Below, piece by piece: positions 37,463-45,957 of a DNA stretch of 64,000 nucleotides. The stretch is from Planctomycetota bacterium (lineage in GTDB: Bacteria; Planctomycetota; UBA8108; SXIK01). Location of the stretch: NCBI GenBank assembly GCA_965223845.1, contig CBDCXR010000004.1, positions 3,072,001 through 3,136,000 on the forward strand. Direction: 5' to 3'. Within the stretch, counting starts at the first letter, position 1. The number at the start of each line of letters is the position of its first letter. Position numbers and translations under genes: made by a program. The notes under the pieces are model-generated. The model was not told where the DNA came from and did no database searches. It worked only from the letters and a program-made list of their open reading frames with translations.

Positions 37463-38245
37463 TCACTCTTCCTCTTCGAGCTCGAAAAGGACCTCCTCCG
37501 TGATCGTCCGGTTTCCGCCGGCCTCCTCTGCGATCACTTCGGCCTTCATTTCGACGAGCATCTCCGCCGCCTCGTACGCTTCGACGAGCGCGACGAACTC
37601 CGGCCCGACCGTCATCGACTTGATCCCAGCGGGAAACTCGACTCGGTGGACGAAGACGAGCTCTTCGCCGTCTTCCTCAGCAACGACTTCGAGGAGCGCC
37701 TCGTAGAGCACGACTTCGGCTCCGCCCCCTGGAACCGACCATTCGATCGTCGGGTAGTTCTCCGCGTCGATCACGGGCGCGTTCGGAAGCTCATGCGTGA
37801 GCACCGCCGTACCGATGAGAGTGTCGCCCTCGATCGTCTCGCCCTCGAAGACATACTCGCCTTCTGGGAACTTTGCGAAGAACGCCGCCATATCCTCGGC
37901 GAGGTTGTCCTCGTCGAGCGGCGGTTCGGCGCTCTCGGTGAACACCTCCGTGCTCCCGATCTCGTTCAGACCCTCGTCGTTTTCCACCTCGAAGATCGTT
38001 CCGTCGGGACCGGTGACCTCGACTTCTTCCCACGCATCGGCGTCGAAGAAGAGGTGGAGTCCGAGATCCTTGTCGGTCGAATTGAACTCGAAAAAGATCT
38101 CCGCCTTGGAGAACTCGAGGATCTCCCCCTCATCGTGTGGGTGGGGTCTATGGCGACGAGCCGACGTGTCGGACACCGATGGACCGACCATCATCGCGAG
38201 AGCGGCGACGGCCACGAGTGAGAGAATGTAGCGGGATTTCGCCAT
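37463..38245 (-). CDS. secreted, highly acidic hypothetical protein
   Basis: AGGAGA precedes ATG 38245; signal peptide MAKSRYILSLVAVAALAMMVG; His-rich RRHRPHPHD followed by a Glu/Asp-rich body. Confidence 0.8.
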   Translation of the reverse strand: MAKSRYILSLVAVAALAMMVGPSVSDTSARRHRPHPHDEGEILEFSKAEIFFEFNSTDKDLGLHLFFDADAWEEVEVTGPDGTIFEVENDEGLNEIGSTEVFTESAEPPLDEDNLAEDMAAFFAKFPEGEYVFEGETIEGDTLIGTAVLTHELPNAPVIDAENYPTIEWSVPGGGAEVVLYEALLEVVAEEDGEELVFVHRVEFPAGIKSMTVGPEFVALVEAYEAAEMLVEMKAEVIAEEAGGNRTITEEVLFELEEEE

Positions 38246-38639
38246 GGTTTGATCTCCTGTTCGCGTACTAAACGGTAGAGGGTAGAGAGGACGCGTGATT
38301 CGTCGGGAGGTGGCGCCGTGAGGATCTGTCCGAGTCGATGCGTCGCGGGGATACCCTCGAGCCTCCTTCGAACCATGCGCGCCGGCGACGAACTGCCGCC
38401 GAAGCACATCTCGACGCTACCGCGCTTCGATTGGAGGCGGATTAGACCGCGGTGAATCGGGCCTAATCTCCCGACGCGGAGCGCGGCAAGTCGCTTCGCG
38501 CGAGACACTCGTCTCACGAATGCGGTCTCCGTGGCTCCCTCGCGTTAACTCTGAACGATCGTTCGGGTAGGCTGACACGCGAGTCTGGGAGCTCGCCTCC
38601 CGCGAATCGTTCGCTTCCCACGGACGACGGAACGCCGCG

Positions 38640-39929
38640 ATGACACACTCGACACTCCTCGGGCGCCGCACTTGTCTACGGCTGTTGGGCGGATCCGCGC
38701 TAGCGTTTGGAGCCTGGGGATGCCGCGCGGTTCGTCCGAGGTTCGACTTCAGCGACCGCGAACCGAAGCGAGTCGCGGCGATCATCACCGCGTACCGGAG
38801 GGGACTCCATGCGGACGTCCTCGTCGGAAAGATCCTCGACGGCTGGAAGCAAGACGGCGGCCCGGGACCGAACCTAGAGCTTGCTTCGATGTACGTCGAT
38901 CAGTTTCCGAACGGCGACCTGGCGCGCCCGATGGCGGAGAAGCACGGCGTACCGATCTTCCCGACGATCGAGGGCGCGGTCACACTCGGAACGGATGGAA
39001 TCCCCATCGATGGCGTGCTCTCGATCGGCGAACACGGCGACTACCCGTGGAACGAAGAAGGGCAGCATCTCTATCCACGCCGGAGATTCTTCTCCGCGAT
39101 CGCGAACGCGTTCGAGAAGCATGGACGATCCGTCCCGGTGTTCAACGATAAGCACCTCGGGCCGGTCTGGACGGATGCGCGGTGGATGTACGACCGTGCC
39201 GCGAAGCTCGACGTTCCGTTCATGGCGGGTTCGTCGATCCCTCTCACCTACCGGAGTCCGGATCTCGACCTCCCCCTCGGCACGGAGATCGAGGCGATGG
39301 TCGGACTGGGATACTCGGGTCTCGACATCTACGGCTTCCACGCGCTCGAGGCATTCCAATGCGTCGCCGAACGACGCCGCGGCGCCGAGTCGGGTGTCCA
39401 CACCGTCCAGTGCCTCCAGGGGAACGCGATGTGGAAGGCGATCGATGACGGCATCGTACGACGCGATGTGTTCGAGGCCGCCGTCGCCGCCGCACCGACC
39501 GCATCGGGTGTCGAACCGCGTACCCTCACGGGAGACAACGTCGCACTCTTCCTCTTCGAGTATGTCGACGGACTCGTCGGAAGCGTGTTCATGCTTCCCG
39601 GCTACGCTCAGCTGAGCGCAGTCGCCGTGCAGATTCGCGGTGAAGCCGCGCCGCGTGCGTGCTCCTTCGCCGAACGTCGCGAGCCGGCGTATCCGCATTT
39701 CGCGTTTCTCTTGAAGGCGATCGAACGCATGATCCACACGGGCGAGCCGGCGTATCCCGTCGAGCGGACACTCCTCACGTCCGGCGTTCTCGACCGCGCG
39801 CTGACGTCGAAGTTCGAAGGGTCGAGGAAGCTCGCAACGCCCGAGCTCGCGATCCGCTACGAGCCGGTGGCCTACCCGCACGCGCCGCTTCCTGCGCTCG
39901 TACCGGAGCTCGCGGAGCGCTCGGCCTGA
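38640..39929 (+). CDS. Tat-exported (lipo)protein of unknown function, oxidoreductase-like
   Basis: GRRTCL twin-arginine motif plus FGAWGC lipobox-like segment; Rossmann-like [35 protein letters not shown] and YGFHALE, resembling distant Gfo/Idh/MocA-like proteins. Confidence 0.75.
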   Translation: MTHSTLLGRRTCLRLLGGSALAFGAWGCRAVRPRFDFSDREPKRVAAIITAYRRGLHADVLVGKILDGWKQDGGPGPNLELASMYVDQFPNGDLARPMAEKHGVPIFPTIEGAVTLGTDGIPIDGVLSIGEHGDYPWNEEGQHLYPRRRFFSAIANAFEKHGRSVPVFNDKHLGPVWTDARWMYDRAAKLDVPFMAGSSIPLTYRSPDLDLPLGTEIEAMVGLGYSGLDIYGFHALEAFQCVAERRRGAESGVHTVQCLQGNAMWKAIDDGIVRRDVFEAAVAAAPTASGVEPRTLTGDNVALFLFEYVDGLVGSVFMLPGYAQLSAVAVQIRGEAAPRACSFAERREPAYPHFAFLLKAIERMIHTGEPAYPVERTLLTSGVLDRALTSKFEGSRKLATPELAIRYEPVAYPHAPLPALVPELAERSA

Positions 39930-39930
39930 C

Positions 39931-40950
39931 ATGGCTCGATCGAGCGATACTCCGCGGCACCGCGTCCTCGTCATCGGTACGGGCTCCATCGGCGAGCGGC
40001 ACGTTCGGTGCTTCTTGGAAACCTCGCGGGCGGACGTCTCGATCTGCGAACGCAACCGGGAGCTCGCCGCGACGGTCGCTCGTCGCTACGGACTCGAGGG
40101 AGCGTGGAGCGATTTCGACGAAGCGCTCGAGCACGAGCACGATGCGGCGGTCATCTGTACGCCGGCGGACGGACACGTCGCGATCGCGCGACGACTCGTT
40201 GCACGGGGCATCCACGTTCTCGTCGAGAAGCCGCTCTCGACAGCTCTCGACGGAACGGAGGAGCTGAGCCGAGAGGCCGAGTCCTCGCGTGTGACCGTCG
40301 CGGTCGCCTACGTCTACCGGGCGAATCCCGTACTCGCCGCGATGCGGGACGCGATTCTGGGGGGACGATTCGGCGCCCCGCTCGAAGTCGTCGTCCAGAG
40401 CGGACAGCACTTCCCGACCTATCGCCCCGCGTACCGCGAGATCTACTACCGCGACCGCGCACGCGGCGGAGGCGCGATTCAGGACGCGCTCACGCACTTG
40501 ATCAACGCGGCCGAGTGGATCGTCGGGCCCGCGACCGAAGTTGTTGCCGACGCCGCCCGGCTCCAGCTCGAAGGCGTCGCCGTCGAGGACACGGTCCACG
40601 CGCTCGCGCGCCACGGAGACGTTCTCGCGAGCTACTCTCTCAACCAGCACCAAGCGCCGAACGAAACGACTCTCACCGTCGTCTGCGAGCGCGGAACCTG
40701 TCGATGGGACGCGCACGAGAATCGGTGGCGGAGTGCGGTGACACCCGGCGAACCGTGGACCATCGAGCTCGCCGGCGACGGGGAGCGCGATGAAGTCTTC
40801 GTTCGGCAGGCGAACGCGTTCCTCGACGTCCTAAGCGGAGCGAGCGATCCGCTCTGCTCGCTTCGAGACGGCGTTCAGACGCTGAGGGTCAATCTCGCTC
40901 TCCTCCGATCTCTCGACGACGATGGCCGCTTCCTCCGCACCGACGCTTGA
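39931..40950 (+). CDS. Gfo/Idh/MocA family oxidoreductase
   Basis: VIGTGSIGERH, ICTP..H, HVLVEKP and GGGAIQDALTH motifs. Starts 1 nt after the upstream stop. Confidence 0.92.
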   Translation: MARSSDTPRHRVLVIGTGSIGERHVRCFLETSRADVSICERNRELAATVARRYGLEGAWSDFDEALEHEHDAAVICTPADGHVAIARRLVARGIHVLVEKPLSTALDGTEELSREAESSRVTVAVAYVYRANPVLAAMRDAILGGRFGAPLEVVVQSGQHFPTYRPAYREIYYRDRARGGGAIQDALTHLINAAEWIVGPATEVVADAARLQLEGVAVEDTVHALARHGDVLASYSLNQHQAPNETTLTVVCERGTCRWDAHENRWRSAVTPGEPWTIELAGDGERDEVFVRQANAFLDVLSGASDPLCSLRDGVQTLRVNLALLRSLDDDGRFLRTDA

Positions 40951-41029
40951 AACGACGTCTCGCGATCGATCGAGCCCAGCGACCCGCGAACGAGGAGTTT
41001 CGCCTCGCGACGCGAGCCGCCCGATTCCA

Positions 41030-43261
41030 TCAGCGAAAGCGAATCGCGTAGAGATCGGCGTCGCGGAGCACGAAACGCAATCGGATCGGCTTCCCACGGA
41101 GCCGACTGACGTCCGTTCCGCCCGCCCAGACGGCCGGGCGCTCGATCCAGTCACCGATCAACTCGCGGCTGTCTTCGAGACGAAAGCCCGGAATCGGGAC
41201 GCCGCTCGCGTCTTGGATCTCGACGCGAACGGATCCGGCAGCACTGGTCGCGTAGTTGAGGACGAGCTCTTGCACCGGAAACGCGCTTCCTGGTGGCAGC
41301 GAGGCGTCCTCGCCCCCTAAGGAGTTGTCGAGCCGGCCGCCGTCGTCGCCTTCCATAGAGAGGAGCACGCCGGCCGTCGCGGACGCTTGGATCGCCGTCG
41401 CCCCGCGCTCGGCGAGAGCAGCGATTTCTTCCGCTGAAAGCGCGCGCGAAAGGACCAGGACGTCGTCGACGAGACCGAGAAGGGGCTCGTTCTCCCGATC
41501 GGTAGGCGCGTAGTCCTCCCCGAGGAGAAGATTCCCGAGGCGAAGCGACACCTCTTCCGTCTTCTCCTCTCCTCCGCCGCCGACCTTCTTGCCGTCGAAG
41601 TAGATGGCAGCGACGCCGTCCCTCCATGTGAGCGCGAGGTGGTGCGTCTTCCCGTCGTTCCAGCTCCCCACGTCCTCGAGCTTCGCTCCGACGCGCTTCC
41701 CGTTCCAAAAGAAACGGATGCTCTCGTCGTTGTCGATCGCACCCCCCGAGTTGAAATCGAAGATGAGCTCGCCCGGCGCAGTCGAACCGCCGTCGTACGC
41801 GGAGAAGAGGCGCCGATGGCCCGGCGGAATGTCGCGGAGATGCGCGGAAAGAGTGAACGCGCGCCCGAGCTCCTGTGTCCCCGGAAGCTCGATCGTCGCC
41901 GGCGAACGGAACCGGAGTGAGTGACTACCGTCTAGAGCACCGTCGCCTTCGCGTCCGACCGGAGATGCCTTAGCGGACGACTCGCGCCACTTCCCTCGCC
42001 TGGCCTCCGTCTCTTCTTCCGGCGCCGCCGAGAAGACGAGCGGCTTCGTCCGCAACTCTCCCCCCGCGTACGAACCGTTTACGGAAACGAAACCGTCGAC
42101 TCGCAGCGAGTAGCGATCGATTCGCGCCGTCGGCTGACCGTAGTTCTTCTGGACCCAAATCGAGACTCGGCCGTCCCCCGTCGGCAGGATCCCGAGCGCC
42201 GGGTAGTTCGTGCGCGAGACCCAGTTCTCGACTCCCTGCCCCGGGCGGATGAAGGACTCGAGAAACATCCGCGAGTAGCGCGTCCCACCACGACTCGAGA
42301 GCAGAACGGCGTCGGAGATGTCTCCGAAGTAGCCCGGATCGACGTCGATCGCGCGCGCCTCTTCGGCCGAAAGTACGCGGCGGCCGGGCCAGAAGCGGGC
42401 CGCCACCGCAAGATAGATGTGCGGAGCGCGGTAGTAGGGATGCGTCTGGTTCGTGTAGAGGTGCTCCCAGGGCGTATCGCCGAAGCTCATCTCCTGCGGC
42501 TCGTCCCACTCGAGAAAGTCCTTCGACGTCGTCCGGCTCACGCTGCGGTATCCGCCCCAGGCGCCCGGCCCCGTCCACGTCCGGAAATAGCAGACGTAGA
42601 CGCCTTCCGACTCCGACCAAAACGGAACGTTTTGAGAATCGAAGGCGCCCTTCGTGATCACCGGTTCGTCCGCGATCTGCCGCCAGCGGATGCCGTCGGG
42701 CGACGCGAACGCGAGCAGTCCGGGACCGGCGCCTCCGAGCGCCTTGTACCTCGCCGAAGGCTCGGCCGCTGGATTTCGATCGATAAACGGCGAGAAATTG
42801 TGGGACGCGGGAGCGAAGCCCTTGAGGACGATGTTGTTCGACTTCGAGCCGTTCACCTCGAAGAGCCCGAGGTGCGGTTTCATCCAGACGAGTCCGTCCT
42901 TGCTCTCCGCGTAGCAAGTGCTTTCGACCGACGAACCGTCCGCTCCGGCAGACGGAAGCCCGCGATAGTACATGCGGAATCGATCGGTGTCGCGAAGAAC
43001 GGTGACGTACCCGCTGAATCGACCTTCCCACGGGTGGTAAAAAGCGAGGGCCTCGCCCTCGTACCGCGGATGGTGGAGACGCACGCGTGCGCCTTCGAGC
43101 TCGTCGATGAGAACATCGTCGACGAAGAGCTCGAGATGCGAACCGACGTCGACCGGTGCTTCCGCCGGCGCGGTGGGGCCGCCCCCATCGTCACGGAAGG
43201 CCACGCAGGCTACGGAAACCAGCGACACGAAAGGAAAAGCGAGTAGAGCGCGACTCATCAT
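41030..43261 (-). CDS. secreted five-bladed beta-propeller glycoside hydrolase-like protein with inserted LamG domain
   Basis: Signal peptide; LELFVDD, RMYYRG, YAESKDGLVW.KP, ASPDGIRW, FDSQN, SKDFLEW and LRVDGFVS motifs. LamG motifs HHLALTW...IYFDG...GLVDDVLVLSRALSAEEI. Confidence 0.82.
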   Translation of the reverse strand: MMSRALLAFPFVSLVSVACVAFRDDGGGPTAPAEAPVDVGSHLELFVDDVLIDELEGARVRLHHPRYEGEALAFYHPWEGRFSGYVTVLRDTDRFRMYYRGLPSAGADGSSVESTCYAESKDGLVWMKPHLGLFEVNGSKSNNIVLKGFAPASHNFSPFIDRNPAAEPSARYKALGGAGPGLLAFASPDGIRWRQIADEPVITKGAFDSQNVPFWSESEGVYVCYFRTWTGPGAWGGYRSVSRTTSKDFLEWDEPQEMSFGDTPWEHLYTNQTHPYYRAPHIYLAVAARFWPGRRVLSAEEARAIDVDPGYFGDISDAVLLSSRGGTRYSRMFLESFIRPGQGVENWVSRTNYPALGILPTGDGRVSIWVQKNYGQPTARIDRYSLRVDGFVSVNGSYAGGELRTKPLVFSAAPEEETEARRGKWRESSAKASPVGREGDGALDGSHSLRFRSPATIELPGTQELGRAFTLSAHLRDIPPGHRRLFSAYDGGSTAPGELIFDFNSGGAIDNDESIRFFWNGKRVGAKLEDVGSWNDGKTHHLALTWRDGVAAIYFDGKKVGGGGEEKTEEVSLRLGNLLLGEDYAPTDRENEPLLGLVDDVLVLSRALSAEEIAALAERGATAIQASATAGVLLSMEGDDGGRLDNSLGGEDASLPPGSAFPVQELVLNYATSAAGSVRVEIQDASGVPIPGFRLEDSRELIGDWIERPAVWAGGTDVSRLRGKPIRLRFVLRDADLYAIRFR

Positions 43262-43368
43262 GCTCCGAAGGATACTCGATCTACGCCTCGGATCATCGGT
43301 TTCCCTTCCGCACCCTCCTTCGTGTCTTTCGCGGTACCGCTCTCTTGGCGCAGGGAATCGAGGCGAGT

Positions 43369-44490
43369 CTACGCGCTCGCGGAATCGGACGAATCCGAAG
43401 GCTTGTCGGACTCCTTCGGCTCCTTCGTATTCTTCGCCTCCAAGCGACCGGAGAACTCCCGCGATCCGGATCGGTCGCCGAATTCGAACTTGACCGTGCC
43501 CTTCACGGTTCCCTTGCTCAGCTTGCCCTCGAAATGAAACCGGAAGCTGCCGCGATCGGTGTCGCCGGAGAGCTCGAACGAAAGAACACCGTCCTTCACC
43601 TGAACGTTCTTCGCTTCGCGCTTGCCGTACGCGCTTTCGTACTCGCCGCGGAGCTTGTCGCCGTCGGCGGTGATCGCGAGCTTCGACTTCATCGTTTCGC
43701 CGTTCTCACGCTGGCTCTCGAGATGCCAGACTCCGACCACGGTTTCCTTGGCCGTCTCTCGCCGCCCCACGAATTTGGCCGTCCCCTCGTTACCGCCGAA
43801 ATCGTAGGAAACCGTACCCGCGATGACGTTTCCGCGAACCGTGCCGGCGTACTTCACCCGGAACTCGTCCCCGCTATCCGTTTCGCCGGAAAACGCAAAC
43901 GAGAGTTCGGTTCCGCTCAGCATCACCGTCTCGATCTCGCGCTCGGAACGCGGTCCGGTATACTGTCCCTTCAGGCGATCGCCGGCGAGGGAGATCTTGA
44001 GCCGCGTTTTGATCTTCTCGCCCTCGCCACGCGCGATCTCGAAGTTCCACACGCCGACGACGTCCTTCGGCGCAACCTTCCGCTTGGCGTGCCAGTCGAG
44101 CGTTCTGGTCTGACCGTTGCGGCGGGTAAACTCGATCGTCCCCTTGATTCCGTCCGCCGCGATCGTGCCGCGATACTCGGACTTGAATCGGCGGTCGCCG
44201 AATTGACGTGTGATCGCGAACGAGATCTTGTCCCCCTCGAGCGTGAGCTCCTCGACGGCGGATTCTCCGCGGCGGGTGCTGTACGTCCCCGCGAGCTTGC
44301 CGTCGCGAGAGTGGAGCGTGAGCGTACTCGTAAACACGCGATCTCCGCGGGTTCGCTCCCACGTGTACGTTCCCGTCGGGTCGAGCCCAGACGAGCTCCC
44401 CGGTGCGTCGCTGGCCTCGTCGGCGACGAGAGGAGACAGTCCGAACGCGAAAACCACCCAACACCATCGGCTACTCTCGATGCGATTCAT
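43369..44490 (-). CDS. secreted hypothetical protein with three tandem ~100-aa beta-rich repeats
   Basis: AGGAGAGG precedes the start; signal peptide; repeats begin DPTGTYTW, DVVGVWNF and TVVGVWHL, each with GKLxGxY...LSF...(Y/F)xG..IxGT(I/V)xF. Confidence 0.8.
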   Translation of the reverse strand: MNRIESSRWCWVVFAFGLSPLVADEASDAPGSSSGLDPTGTYTWERTRGDRVFTSTLTLHSRDGKLAGTYSTRRGESAVEELTLEGDKISFAITRQFGDRRFKSEYRGTIAADGIKGTIEFTRRNGQTRTLDWHAKRKVAPKDVVGVWNFEIARGEGEKIKTRLKISLAGDRLKGQYTGPRSEREIETVMLSGTELSFAFSGETDSGDEFRVKYAGTVRGNVIAGTVSYDFGGNEGTAKFVGRRETAKETVVGVWHLESQRENGETMKSKLAITADGDKLRGEYESAYGKREAKNVQVKDGVLSFELSGDTDRGSFRFHFEGKLSKGTVKGTVKFEFGDRSGSREFSGRLEAKNTKEPKESDKPSDSSDSASA

Positions 44491-44834
44491 GCGAACCTCT
44501 CCTATCGAGGCGGGTAGCGGGAACTCAACCTCGAGTGGGGCTCACTAGTGATGGAGCTCCTCTCGAGCCAACGCGATTCTCGTCGCGAACGATCCAGTGC
44601 AGATCGAACCGTGCCCGTTCAGTCTGATCCGGCGAAGGCGCGATTGCGAGAACTTCGCGCCGGGATTCTCCCGTCTCCAGTGTCCGCGATCGAATCCCGG
44701 CGAAGCAGCAGCGGTTGGCGCTGGTAGCGCCCCGCGAGATCGGTCATGCTCGCTGGCGGGGTACTGGCCGGTCGCCGGGAGCAAGTGCTTGTCCGGCGAA
44801 CTCGGCCTCGGCTGAATCGCCGAGGCGTTGATTC

Positions 44835-45779
44835 ATGAGTCCGGTTCGAAGGCGAACCATTTCTGTTCTATCGCTTGGTGCCGTTGCCGTCGGCGTGGTG
44901 CTGATTCTCTGGCCGCGCGTTCAGGAATCGCTCGCACTTCGCCGCTTGGAGTCTGATCACGCGGAGACTCGACACGCGGCCGCCCGTTGGCTTGGAGGCC
45001 ACAAGTCCAAACGCGCGATCCGGCCGCTCCTCGATCTCGCGGCAGACGACTCGAGGGATCCGCATTCGTCGCTGCCCGACGACCACTACGCGAGAGTTGC
45101 GCTCCGAGCGATCGGGCCGGATTCCCTGCGCGTATTCCTCCAGACCTGCCGCTCGAACCCGTATTCTGGAGCTCGGTCGCTCGAAGACTTGCCAAAACCC
45201 TTCGTCGACTTTTACGTCGTCGGTTGGATTCTCGTAGACGACTTGGGGAGAGAATCGATCCCCGTTCTCTATGAATCCCTTTCCTACGATTCCGGCTGCG
45301 TACGATATTTTGCTCTCACCGCACTTCAGTCGTTCCGGGACGAACGCTTCGACTTCGACGCCATGGTCGCATTGATCGCACCCATCCTTCACGACGATCG
45401 TTGGAATGGACTCCAGGAGTCTGCGGTAAGAATGCTCTGCCGAATGGGAGAACACGCGGGATCCGATCAGCACCAGGACAGGATCTTGAAACTGATCACG
45501 AAACTGCTCGAAACGAGGGATCCGTTTCTGCGGAACGCAGTGGTCGAGTGCCTTGGAACATTCGGTCGGCGGGCGGAATCGGTCGTCCCCTTCGTGGTGA
45601 ACTGGGCGCTGGAGACGCGCGAGTCACAACCCGGTTTCTACGAGACCGCGTTCGAGTGCCTCGCGCGGATCGGAATCCCCGCGCTCGACTACGTAAGAAG
45701 GCGAAGTGAAACATCGGCAGGTGAGAGTCGAGTCGAGGACCTTTATCTCGCCCTCGAAGACGCGGTTTCACGAAGGTGA
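44835..45779 (+). CDS. membrane-anchored HEAT-repeat protein
   Basis: N-terminal TM (VLSLGAVAVGVVLILW); HEAT-like units RHAAARWLG, VRYFALTAL, LRNAVVECLG and AFECLARIG. Confidence 0.7.
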   Translation: MSPVRRRTISVLSLGAVAVGVVLILWPRVQESLALRRLESDHAETRHAAARWLGGHKSKRAIRPLLDLAADDSRDPHSSLPDDHYARVALRAIGPDSLRVFLQTCRSNPYSGARSLEDLPKPFVDFYVVGWILVDDLGRESIPVLYESLSYDSGCVRYFALTALQSFRDERFDFDAMVALIAPILHDDRWNGLQESAVRMLCRMGEHAGSDQHQDRILKLITKLLETRDPFLRNAVVECLGTFGRRAESVVPFVVNWALETRESQPGFYETAFECLARIGIPALDYVRRRSETSAGESRVEDLYLALEDAVSRR

Positions 45780-45957
45780 TGTTCGCTACGACGCTTTCCA
45801 CTCGGCGTGGTTTGTAAGAGCTGGAGTTCGCGCGTTCGAGACGACACAACGACTCTGGCGGCTGCGAGCTTCACGACAAATCGGAGAACGGGAAAGAATC
45901 GGTCGGGCTCGATCACCAGGTCGTCCCCGCCGGCCCTTTTGAACTAGGAGGCCTCCC

